Source: Pyrinomonadaceae bacterium
GTDB taxonomy: Bacteria > Acidobacteriota > Blastocatellia > Pyrinomonadales > Pyrinomonadaceae
Assembly: GCA_036374695.1 (NCBI GenBank)
Contig: DASUTF010000269.1
Location: 1 to 62,968, forward strand
Reading direction: 5' to 3'
DNA length: 62,968 nt
The notes below the pieces were generated by a model. That model was given only the letters and a program-made list of their open reading frames with translations. It was not told the DNA's origin and ran no database searches. Made by a program: the position numbers and the translations under genes. Every line of letters begins with the position of its first letter. The first letter of the stretch is position 1. Below are positions 54,840 to 62,777 of this stretch, piece after piece.

Positions 54840-55370
54840 ATGAAACGTTGCCCAACCTGCAACCGCACCTTCGACGAAGAATGGCTGGCTTTCTGCACGG
54901 ACGACGGAAGCACGCTAATTGAGACGACATCAGCGCCGCTTTCGAACGAGCCGCCACCCACGGTCTTTATTCCGCCCGCCGCCAATACAGATCCTGGCGC
55001 GCCGAAGCCGTTTGATTTGCCCGGCAGTTATAACCCGCCGCAGCCGGTTGCACCCGCATGGCAGCCGCCACCGCCGCCGCCCATACGACCCGGAACAAAT
55101 CAGAAGCAGGGTTTGGCAGTTGCCTCTCTGATTCTCGGGATCGCTAGCATAACCATCGGCTGGTGTTGCAGCATTGGTTTGCTTTCAGCTCCGGTAGGAG
55201 TTGTACTGGGGATTATCTCCCTTGTTCAAATCAAGAATGATCCGGTCACCAACACGGGAAAACCGTTGTCCATTATCGGAATCGCGTTGAGTGGCTTTTA
55301 TATTGTCGTGTGGTTCCTGATTTTCATGCTCTATGGAATGGCAATCTTTATGGGGAGCCTGAGCCAATAG
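54840..55370 (+). CDS. CPxC-knuckle + Pro-rich linker + DUF4190-like two-TM membrane protein (paralog 1)
   Basis: MKRCPTCNRTFDEEWLAFCTDDGSTL; PPPPPP linker; GLAVASLILGIASITIGWCC...GVVLGIISLVQIK. Confidence 0.7.
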   Translation: MKRCPTCNRTFDEEWLAFCTDDGSTLIETTSAPLSNEPPPTVFIPPAANTDPGAPKPFDLPGSYNPPQPVAPAWQPPPPPPIRPGTNQKQGLAVASLILGIASITIGWCCSIGLLSAPVGVVLGIISLVQIKNDPVTNTGKPLSIIGIALSGFYIVVWFLIFMLYGMAIFMGSLSQ

Positions 55371-55393
55371 TCCGGCAATGACCGGCCGCAGAC

Positions 55394-55900
55394 ATGAAGC
55401 GTTGCCCCACGTGCAATCTGACATTTGAAGAAGACTGGCTCAGCTTCTGCACACAAGACGGAACGACGCTGACTGACGACGCGGTCGGAGCGAGTGAGCC
55501 AACGCCTACGATCATGGCGCCGGCCCCGCCTGCCGCCCCGGCGTGGAATACCCATTGGGCTGAGCTGCCTCCGTCTTCTCCAGAATGGCGACCGCCGCAG
55601 CGCCCCGTGCAGGAGTGGCGACCGCCCCCGCCGCCATCCGTTCAACCTCAAACCAAGGGCCTGGCGACGGCGTCAATGATTCTCGGCCTTATCAGCATCA
55701 CGGTGGGTTGGCTTTGTATGGGACCGCTCCTCGCAATTGCTGCCATTGTTATCGGCGCGGTGGCGCTGTCTCAGATCAAAAACACCCCTGAACGTGTCGG
55801 CGGAAAGCAGATGGCCTGGACTGGCGTGATTACTGGAAGCCTGGCACTTATCGGCATCATAATCTTCTACGTCTTTGTGATCGTTGCAGGCAATCTGTGA
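55394..55900 (+). CDS. CPxC-knuckle + Pro-rich linker + DUF4190-like two-TM membrane protein (paralog 2)
   Basis: MKRCPTCNLTFEEDWLSFCTQDGTTL; GLATASMILGLISITVGWLC...IGAVALSQIK. Confidence 0.7.
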   Translation: MKRCPTCNLTFEEDWLSFCTQDGTTLTDDAVGASEPTPTIMAPAPPAAPAWNTHWAELPPSSPEWRPPQRPVQEWRPPPPPSVQPQTKGLATASMILGLISITVGWLCMGPLLAIAAIVIGAVALSQIKNTPERVGGKQMAWTGVITGSLALIGIIIFYVFVIVAGNL

Positions 55901-55911
55901 GGGAAACGACG

Positions 55912-56700
55912 ATGAAGGCTTGTCCGACATGCAAACGCGAGTTTGAAGATTCGATCACGTACTGCCTGGACGATGGTAGTCCGCTGGTCACGCAATCGCG
56001 CCCCGATGCGGACGCCACTCTGGTAAGTCTTTCGCCAAGTGGTCGCGACATTCCAACGACTGAGTACGGGCCACTTGGGGGCAAACCGACTGTCGCCGGT
56101 TCAATGGCGGATCTACCAGTGATGCCGTATTACGGCGCGACTAATCATAAACGGCAAGTCTGGCCGTGGGTGGTCGCGGGCCTGGCGATCCTGTTCCTTT
56201 TCGGAATTGTGATCGCGGCGGTCATTGCAATTCCCAAAATCCTCAACCGGCCAAATCCGAATCCCGCCGTGGCAACAGAATCGCCGTCATCTTCCGTTCC
56301 GGATGCACGGACACCGTCCGAGCCCGGTTCGGCCACCGGCGCCCCGACCGACGAGAAAGTCGTATTGTCACAGTTGACTGAGCTCGAGAAGCAGTGGACA
56401 GTGGCGAATCTGGAAGCCGACAAGGATACGCTCGACCAGATCCTCGCCGATGACTATCGCGGGGGTAATCCTGTTCACAACAAGCAGCAGTACCTCGACG
56501 AGATTAGGCCGGATTCAACGGTGAAGTCCTGGGAGTTCCAGGACCTGCGACTTAACCTCGAGGGCGACCGCGCCACACTCGATGGCTACTTAAGGAACGA
56601 GACGACGCGCGGCACAGAAGTCTATAGTTTCACAGATGAGTTTGTTTGGCGCGATGGTCGCTGGCAGGCTACGGCGTCGCGCACCACTCGTGTAAGATAA
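55912..56700 (+). CDS. CPxC-knuckle + single TM + NTF2/SnoaL-like (DUF4440-like) domain protein (paralog 3)
   Basis: MKACPTCKREFEDSITYCLDDGSPL; TM VVAGLAILFLFGIVIAAVIAI; C-terminal LEKQWTVANLEADKDTLDQILADDY...FVWRDGRWQA. Confidence 0.7.
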   Translation: MKACPTCKREFEDSITYCLDDGSPLVTQSRPDADATLVSLSPSGRDIPTTEYGPLGGKPTVAGSMADLPVMPYYGATNHKRQVWPWVVAGLAILFLFGIVIAAVIAIPKILNRPNPNPAVATESPSSSVPDARTPSEPGSATGAPTDEKVVLSQLTELEKQWTVANLEADKDTLDQILADDYRGGNPVHNKQQYLDEIRPDSTVKSWEFQDLRLNLEGDRATLDGYLRNETTRGTEVYSFTDEFVWRDGRWQATASRTTRVR

Positions 56701-56708
56701 GGCGAAGC

Positions 56709-56843
56709 TGATCTTTGGTCTTTGATCTTTGGACTTTGTCCCTCTTGGCAACGATTGTGGTCGGCGGCAGCCTGAGTTAGAAGTCAAAGACCAAAGACCA
56801 AAGACCAAAAACCAAAGACCAAAAACCAAAACCAAAGACGAAA
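56709..56843. repeat. Family G oligo-word inverted repeat (TCTTTGGTC ... AAGACCAAAGACC)
   Basis: gatctttggtctttgatctttggactt ... aagtcaaagaccaaagaccaaagaccaaaaaccaaagaccaaaaaccaaaaccaaagac. Confidence 0.85.
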
Positions 56844-56847
56844 ACTT

Positions 56848-57369
56848 ATGTCTGTAATCACCGAAGTAATCCAGTCGACCAAAGCCATCATTCAGGGGAT
56901 GGCCGTGACGTTATCCTATATTCCCAAACGAAAACAGACGGTCGAATATCCGGACGAGCCCATCACAGTGCAGCCGCGTTATCGCGGTCAACACCTCCTG
57001 CATGTGGACGAGCTGGGCCGCGAAAAATGCGTCGCCTGTTTTCTGTGCGCCGCGGCCTGCCCGTCCGAATGCATTTACATCGAAGCCGACGACGATCCGC
57101 GGGCTGCGGAAGCACGCATCGGGGTCGATGAGCGCTACGCCAAGGTTTACAACATCGATTACGGCCGCTGCATCTTTTGCGGTTTCTGCGTTGAGGCGTG
57201 TCCGAAAGACGCGATCACGCACGGCTACAACTTCGAACTTTCCGTTTACAACCGCGCCGACCTGTTGAAGACCAAAGACGACCTTCTAATCACCAAGCAG
57301 GTACAGTCAAAGAATTATCGCGTGGCGTTTTCAGATGAAGATGTCGATTCGGAATACAAAGTGGTTTAG
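56848..57369 (+). CDS. nuoI: NADH-quinone oxidoreductase subunit I (2x[4Fe-4S])
   Basis: CVACFLCAAACPSECI and CIFCGFCVEACPKDAI. N-terminal GMAVTLSY...TVEYPDEP typical of NuoI. No other nuo genes in the window. Confidence 0.88.
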   Translation: MSVITEVIQSTKAIIQGMAVTLSYIPKRKQTVEYPDEPITVQPRYRGQHLLHVDELGREKCVACFLCAAACPSECIYIEADDDPRAAEARIGVDERYAKVYNIDYGRCIFCGFCVEACPKDAITHGYNFELSVYNRADLLKTKDDLLITKQVQSKNYRVAFSDEDVDSEYKVV

Positions 57370-57712
57370 AAGCCGGCGGCTGTTCCGCCTCGTCATCCTG
57401 TCAGGATTACTGTGCCTGCTGGTCATGGCGTGCTCATCAAGCCGCAAAGTCGGCAAGGTGAAGAGTCACCTCACAATGGTGGAAAACAAGGCCTATTCTT
57501 ACAAGACTCCGGACGGAAAATCTGGCACCACTAATATGGTTGCGTTTGTGGTTTTGGAGGATGGAAAAGAGGTGCCGGCACTGCCGTACGCCAACTTCAC
57601 CACCGCTGACGGTACCCACCATTCGCAATTAACGAAGGCAGGCCAACGGGTAGAGATGGAGCCACCGTTGGACAATACCGAGTTGTGGAGGATGGGAAAG
57701 ATACTGGAATAG
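57335..57712 (+). CDS. Small hypothetical lipoprotein
   Basis: Basic n-region plus LLCLLVMAC lipobox. Overlaps the nuoI 3' end by 35 nt. Confidence 0.5.
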   Translation: MKMSIRNTKWFRSRRLFRLVILSGLLCLLVMACSSSRKVGKVKSHLTMVENKAYSYKTPDGKSGTTNMVAFVVLEDGKEVPALPYANFTTADGTHHSQLTKAGQRVEMEPPLDNTELWRMGKILE

Positions 57713-57746
57713 GAAACCGGCTAATCATTGTTCAGTTGCCGCTCAG

Positions 57747-57892
57747 ATTTCGCTCCGTTAGGAGCGACATGTTTATAGAACTCGCCACTCATTGACCATT
57801 CTGCGCTCGGCGCAACATCGATGATGTTGCGCCGAGCGTTATTTACTACACAAATCGGTGCTATAAATATCGCGCTCCTAACGGAGCGACGG
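57747..57892. mobile_element. MITE-like composite: inverted family J units flanking a perfect central palindrome
   Basis: Left CGCTCCGTTAGGAGCGACATGTTTATAG. Right (reverse complement) CGCTCCGTTAGGAGCGCGATATTTATAG. Centre GCTCGGCGCAACATC-GAT-GATGTTGCGCCGAGC (57801..57840 region). No coding capacity. Confidence 0.6.
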
Positions 57893-57897
57893 TCGCC

Positions 57898-59715
57898 ATG
57901 CCTTTCAAGGAATTTCACTATCGCTGGGAATTCGACCTCCAGTCGTCCCCGGAACAACTCTGGCCACTGGTCGCCGACACCAACCGGTTCAATCGCGACA
58001 CGGGTGTGCCCGCAGTCAGGAATGTCGGAGAGCCAGGCGAGAACGGACGACGACTGCGGTTGACCAGTTTAGGAATTCCAATCGAGTGGGAAGAGCAACC
58101 GTTCGAGTGGGTGCGGCCGCAGCGCTTCGGTGTTGTCCGTCGCTACAGCAAAGGGCCGATGGAAGAATTGAGGGTGCGTGCTGAGCTGGAGCCGCTTAAC
58201 GGCGGCACGAAATTAGTTTACGAACTCTGGGCCAGGCCGAAGAACCTCCTCGGCGCGATCGCGATACCAGTTCAAATCGGAATCATCAGCGCGCGCAACT
58301 TCGCGCGCACCTTTCGCGAATATGACCAGACAGCGCAGGCCGTACGTTCGCCCGCGATTGAATCCACGGCCGAGGTCGAATTCACTCCCGGCGGTCGCGC
58401 GCGACTGATCGCGCTGGGCGAGAGACTGGTGCGCGAAGGCATCGACGAACAGACTGTCGCTTTGCTTGTCGATCACATTGAGAACGCAGATGAATTCGCC
58501 CTCTCGCGCATCCGGCCGTATCGACTCGCCGACGAGCACGGCCAGCCGCGTCGCCAGATGCTTGAGGCGTGTTTGCAGGCCACACGCGCCGGCATGCTCG
58601 ATCTGCAATGGAACCTCATCTGCCCAATGTGTCGCGGAGGCAAAGCGAAAGATTCGCTCGCGGAGCTTTCTTCAAAAGTGCACTGCGACGGCTGCAACAT
58701 CGATTTCAATGTGAACTTTGAGCAGTCGATCGAGCTGACCTTCCGTCCGAATCCTTCGATCAGACAAATCAACGTGGAAACATTTTGCGTTGGCGGCCCG
58801 CAGGTCACGCCCCACATTGTCGCGCAGCAAATTCTCAAGCCGCGGTCGCGGCGCGCGATAGACATTCAGCTCGAGGAGGGCCGCTATCGCCTGCGCACGA
58901 CCGGCCTGCCGGGATGGCAACACGTTTCGGTTACGGACAAGGGAGTGTGCGGAGCATTGTTGTCCGCCTCGCCGGAGGGTTGGACGAACGGCGAGATCGA
59001 GCTGTCGAAAAGTTGCAGTTTGAACCTGGAGAATGCTCTGGACGAGGAACAGCTTTTTGTCCTGGAGCGGACCGCGTGGTCGGATGAAGCGGCGACGGCC
59101 GCTGAGGTGACGGCGCTGCAAACATTTCGCGATCTGTTCGCGCGCGAAGCGCTCAGGCCCGGCGAACAAATTTCAGTCGGAACGCTGACGGTGCTGTTTA
59201 CGGATCTGAAAAACTCGACTCAGTTGTATCGAGAGATCGGCGATGCGACGGCATTCGGCCGCGTGATGAATCACTTCGATGTGCTCAAGCAGGCAATTGC
59301 CGCCGAGGACGGCGCGCTTGTCAAAACGATCGGCGACGCAGTGATGGCGGTGTTTCGACGACCGGCAAACGCTCTGCGCGCCATGATCGAGGCGCAACAG
59401 CAATTAGCTGCGCCGCCTGACGGGATGCTGCCGTTGACGTTGAAAGGCGGGCTGCACACCGGGCCGTGCATCGCCGTGACGTTGAATGACCGGCTCGATT
59501 ATTTTGGTTCGACCGTGAACCTGGCCGCCCGCCTGGAAGGCCAATCGAATGGCAATGACGTGGTCATCTCGAATATTGTGTACACGGATCCGGAAATCAG
59601 AGAGATGTTGCTGAACCCTGCGAACCAACTCGTCGCCCAGCCGTTGGAGATGAGGTTGAAAGGGTTCGCGGAAGAACGCTTTGAATTGTGGCGCGTAACG
59701 CGCGGAAGGGCTTAA
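57898..59715 (+). CDS. Class III adenylate/guanylate cyclase with a large N-terminal sensor region
   Basis: C-terminal cyclase domain LTVLFTDLKNSTQLYREIGD...VKTIGDAVMAVF...GLHTGPCIAV...DYFGSTVNLAARLE. N-terminal ~400 aa includes a Cys cluster (CPMCRGG...CDGCN). Confidence 0.88.
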   Translation: MPFKEFHYRWEFDLQSSPEQLWPLVADTNRFNRDTGVPAVRNVGEPGENGRRLRLTSLGIPIEWEEQPFEWVRPQRFGVVRRYSKGPMEELRVRAELEPLNGGTKLVYELWARPKNLLGAIAIPVQIGIISARNFARTFREYDQTAQAVRSPAIESTAEVEFTPGGRARLIALGERLVREGIDEQTVALLVDHIENADEFALSRIRPYRLADEHGQPRRQMLEACLQATRAGMLDLQWNLICPMCRGGKAKDSLAELSSKVHCDGCNIDFNVNFEQSIELTFRPNPSIRQINVETFCVGGPQVTPHIVAQQILKPRSRRAIDIQLEEGRYRLRTTGLPGWQHVSVTDKGVCGALLSASPEGWTNGEIELSKSCSLNLENALDEEQLFVLERTAWSDEAATAAEVTALQTFRDLFAREALRPGEQISVGTLTVLFTDLKNSTQLYREIGDATAFGRVMNHFDVLKQAIAAEDGALVKTIGDAVMAVFRRPANALRAMIEAQQQLAAPPDGMLPLTLKGGLHTGPCIAVTLNDRLDYFGSTVNLAARLEGQSNGNDVVISNIVYTDPEIREMLLNPANQLVAQPLEMRLKGFAEERFELWRVTRGRA

Positions 59716-59800
59716 CGGGTCAGAACCGCGAGTGGTAGCGACTGGATCGGAGAACAATGTTGAGTTTGGATCCGATCGTCACCCCGACTTGGCGACCTCT

Positions 59801-60472
59801 ATGTTAATCGAAACTCACGAAGTCACCCGGCTCTATCAGATGGGCACGAACGAGGTCGTTGCGCTGGATCGCGTGACGATGGGAATTGAGGAAGGCGAGT
59901 TCGTGGCCATCCGCGGAACGTCGGGTTCGGGCAAGTCAACTTTGCTGAATCTGCTCGGCGGGCTCGATCGGCCGACGAGTGGCGAGGTCTTGTTTGATTC
60001 GAAGCCGCTGGGTCCGCTGACGAAAAAACAGATGGCGCGTTACCGGCGCTTCTCAGTCGGGATGATCTTTCAAAACTTTAATTTGATTCCGACGATGACG
60101 GCGGCTGAGAACGTGTGGCTGGCGCTGGCGTTTGGCGGAGTCCGCGGTGGCGAGCGACGTAAGCGGGCGGCGGAACTCCTGAAACGCGTCGGGCTGGGAG
60201 ATCGCATGGAGCACCGGCCGGCGGAACTCTCAGGCGGCGAACAGCAGCGGGTGGCGATCGCGCGCGCGCTGGCAAATCGCCCACGCCTTCTGCTTGCGGA
60301 TGAGCCGACCGGAAATCTAGACTCGACCCGCGCGCACGAATTGCTTTCTCTGTTGCGTGAAATGGTCGCGAGCGACCGGCTCACGGTTTTACTGGTCACG
60401 CACGATCATGAACTGGCCAGCAGCTTTGCGGATCGAATAGTCATGATGAAGGACGGAAAGGTGATTGATTGA
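59801..60472 (+). CDS. ABC transporter ATP-binding protein (LolD/MacB/FtsE-like), no permease adjacent
   Basis: Walker [10 protein letters not shown], signature [15 protein letters not shown], Walker [16 protein letters not shown] 59801 preferred over track start 59732. Confidence 0.9.
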   Translation: MLIETHEVTRLYQMGTNEVVALDRVTMGIEEGEFVAIRGTSGSGKSTLLNLLGGLDRPTSGEVLFDSKPLGPLTKKQMARYRRFSVGMIFQNFNLIPTMTAAENVWLALAFGGVRGGERRKRAAELLKRVGLGDRMEHRPAELSGGEQQRVAIARALANRPRLLLADEPTGNLDSTRAHELLSLLREMVASDRLTVLLVTHDHELASSFADRIVMMKDGKVID

Positions 60473-60599
60473 GCCATTGAACCATTGAACCATTGAATCA
60501 TTGACTCATTGATGCATTGACTCAATCCCGGCTCTCAATGAATCAATGAATCAAATGAATCAATGAGCCAATGACCAATGGATCAATTGAGGTAATTTC
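60473..60599. repeat. Family H oligo-word inverted repeat (CATTGA x7 ... TCAATG/CAATGA x7)
   Basis: ccattgaaccattgaaccattgaatcattgactcattgatgcattgactcaatcccggctctcaatgaatcaatgaatcaaatgaatcaatgagccaatgaccaatggatcaattg fills the whole ABC-to-cNMP gene spacer. Confidence 0.88.
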
Positions 60600-61475
60600 A
60601 TGACCACCCCCAAACCAATGACGGTCGAGGCCATCCGTTCGGTGACTCTGTTTGCGTCACTGCATGACGAAGAGGCTGAGGAATTAGTAACCCTGCTTCA
60701 AAGTCGTCCGGTGCCGGCAGGCACGCTTCTGTTTCACGCAGGTCAAAACGGCGATGCGATGTACTTGATCCAGAGTGGTCGCGTGCGCATCGCGGTTGAC
60801 GATGCCGACGGCCAGCAAATCGTTCTGGCCGAACTCGCGCAGGGGGATTTCTTCGGCGAGATGTCGCTCATCGATGGCAAGCAACGCTCCGCCGATGCTC
60901 ACGTGATCGAGGACGCGCAGTTGTCAGTCTTGTCCCGAGAGAATTTCCTGCGCTACATCAATACGCACCCGGGGGTCGCGCTTGAGATGCTCAGCGCCGT
61001 CTTCCAACGCCTGCGCCACACCGACCGGTTGTTGCAGCAGCGCGTTTCGCGGAACGTCAACGAAGAACAGGAAAAGCGGATGACCTTGGCGGATCGCGCC
61101 GCGGATCTTCTGGCAGAGTTCGGCGGTAGTTGGAAATTCATCGGCATGTCGTTGGCGTTAATCGCATTCTGGATTTTTCTCAACTCGTACATCCTGATCC
61201 GCGGATTCGATCCGATGCCTTATCAGATGTTAAATCTCACACTTGCGGTGATTGCGGGTTTGCAGGCGCCCATCATCATGATGTCGCAGAATCGCCAGGG
61301 CTCGAAGGATCGCCTGCGCGCCGATTTGGACTATCAGGTGAACCTGAAGAATGAACTAGCCTTATCTGAAGTGTTGAGAAGACTCGACGTGCTCGAGAGC
61401 GAGCGTCTGCCACTTTTGTTCGCGGAACAAAATGAGCGGCTGGGAGAGAGCAAGAAGACCAGCACGAGTGCGTAG
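60600..61475 (+). CDS. Cyclic-nucleotide-binding domain fused to a DUF1003 membrane domain
   Basis: CNB: LFHAGQNGDAMYLIQSGRVRI...GDFFGEMSLIDGKQRSADA. DUF1003: FGGSWKFIGMSLALIAFWIFLN...PYQMLNLTLAVIAGLQAPIIMMSQNRQ. Confidence 0.85.
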   Translation: MTTPKPMTVEAIRSVTLFASLHDEEAEELVTLLQSRPVPAGTLLFHAGQNGDAMYLIQSGRVRIAVDDADGQQIVLAELAQGDFFGEMSLIDGKQRSADAHVIEDAQLSVLSRENFLRYINTHPGVALEMLSAVFQRLRHTDRLLQQRVSRNVNEEQEKRMTLADRAADLLAEFGGSWKFIGMSLALIAFWIFLNSYILIRGFDPMPYQMLNLTLAVIAGLQAPIIMMSQNRQGSKDRLRADLDYQVNLKNELALSEVLRRLDVLESERLPLLFAEQNERLGESKKTSTSA

Positions 61476-61538
61476 ACCTGTCGAATCGAAGTTTACCAAG
61501 GGTTTGTGCTGAGAACCTGGAAATCCGGAGAAAAATAG

Positions 61539-62009
61539 ATGAAGTACTTTATTTCACTCTTTCTCTTGCTAATGTTCTCGTTGTCTTCATTCGCGCAGAG
61601 CATTCGCGTCACAGGAACCATGTTTGATCCCAGCGGGGCTCTCGTCCCCAACGCTCAGATCAAGGCTGTTGACGAGAAAGGACACTCGCTCGTGGGCGCT
61701 TCGAACTTTGAAGGACAGTTCGAGATCAAGTTGCTTCCCGGCCTCTATTCGCTTGAAGTCTCGCGTGCCGGTTTTTTGACCATCGAACACCGGGAATTCT
61801 TAGTGATTAATTCGACAACCGGCAAGATGGCGATCGATTTTATCCTGTTTGGGAGTAAGTATCATGAACCTCATGGCTACTCCGGAGCAGACCGCCTTCC
61901 TGAAAAATCGCTTATTCGTTCGTATGAGGTCTCATACTCGCCGAAACTCAAAGAAATTCGGGACGAGTTTGCCCCGATTAAATCAAAAGGAACGAAATCG
62001 ATTAATTAG
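61539..62009 (+). CDS. Secreted CarboxypepD_reg-like domain protein, AT-richer
   Basis: Signal peptide LFLLLMFSLSSFA. IRVTGTMFDPSGALVPNAQIKAVDEKG...FEIKLLPGLYSLEVSRAGF. Confidence 0.6.
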   Translation: MKYFISLFLLLMFSLSSFAQSIRVTGTMFDPSGALVPNAQIKAVDEKGHSLVGASNFEGQFEIKLLPGLYSLEVSRAGFLTIEHREFLVINSTTGKMAIDFILFGSKYHEPHGYSGADRLPEKSLIRSYEVSYSPKLKEIRDEFAPIKSKGTKSIN

Positions 62010-62024
62010 AATCCCAACGCATTC

Positions 62025-62738
62025 ATGTCCCTCGTCAAAGCAATCCTATTCGACTTTAACGGCGTGATCATCGATGACGAGCGCATTCACTTGCGCGCGT
62101 ATCGTGAAGTGCTGCAAGCGTACGGCGTCGAGCTTAAGGAAGAAGATTATTTTCAATGTCTCGGCATGGATGACGTCGCGTTCACCCGCGCCGCCTTCGC
62201 CCGAGCGGGTCGCCAGGTTGACGACCAAACGACGCGCGACATTATCGATCGGGAGCACGAACTGCACCGTTCGATCATTGAAGCCGAAGTTCCTTTCGGC
62301 GCCGGCATTGCCACGTTCATCAAAGAGGCCGCACGGAAGTTTCAGCTTGGAATTGTCAGCATGGCCGAGCTGGCTGAGATCGAACACGTGCTCGGCCCGG
62401 CAAATTTGCTGCAGCACTTTTCTGTCATCGTCACTGCGCAGCCGGGTCTGAATCACAAGCCGGCGCCCGATTGCTACCTGCGCGGGCTTGAGTTGCTGAA
62501 TGCGAAGCGGCGGGCCGATAGACAACTGCCGCTGCTGCCGAAGGAATGCCTGGTGATCGAAGATGCGCCGCCGGGAGTCCAGGCCGGGCGCGGGGCCGGC
62601 ATGCGAACATTGGGCGTGACGAACACTGTAGCCGCGCCGCTGCTGCGCGCGGCCGGCGCCGACGTGGTGACGGCGAGTCTTGCCGACTGGAACACAGACG
62701 CAGTGCAGCTCGTCTTTGCTAACTCCGAAGGGGCCTAG
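62025..62738 (+). CDS. HAD-superfamily hydrolase (subfamily IA, beta-phosphoglucomutase-like)
   Basis: Motif I ILFDFNGVIIDDE; motif IV-like VIEDAPPGVQAGRGAGM. Confidence 0.85.
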   Translation: MSLVKAILFDFNGVIIDDERIHLRAYREVLQAYGVELKEEDYFQCLGMDDVAFTRAAFARAGRQVDDQTTRDIIDREHELHRSIIEAEVPFGAGIATFIKEAARKFQLGIVSMAELAEIEHVLGPANLLQHFSVIVTAQPGLNHKPAPDCYLRGLELLNAKRRADRQLPLLPKECLVIEDAPPGVQAGRGAGMRTLGVTNTVAAPLLRAAGADVVTASLADWNTDAVQLVFANSEGA

Positions 62739-62777
62739 GCGTCCCGCCTGTGATCCACGCGCAGGATGCGGTGCCAT
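62731..62777. repeat. Family A repeat, copy 4 (degenerate left arm), overlapping the HAD stop codon
   Basis: GGGCCTAGGCGTCCCGCCTGTGATCCACGCGCAGGATGCGGTGCCAT aligns with copy 1. The TAG stop (62736..62738) lies inside the left arm. Confidence 0.75.

Noticed and set aside
60473-60599. Possible CRISPR array (many short repeats)
   Set aside because: The word period is only 7-10 nt, there are no unique spacers of 25-40 nt, the two halves are reverse complements, and there are no cas genes. The same reasoning applies to 56709..56843 and 54745..54830.
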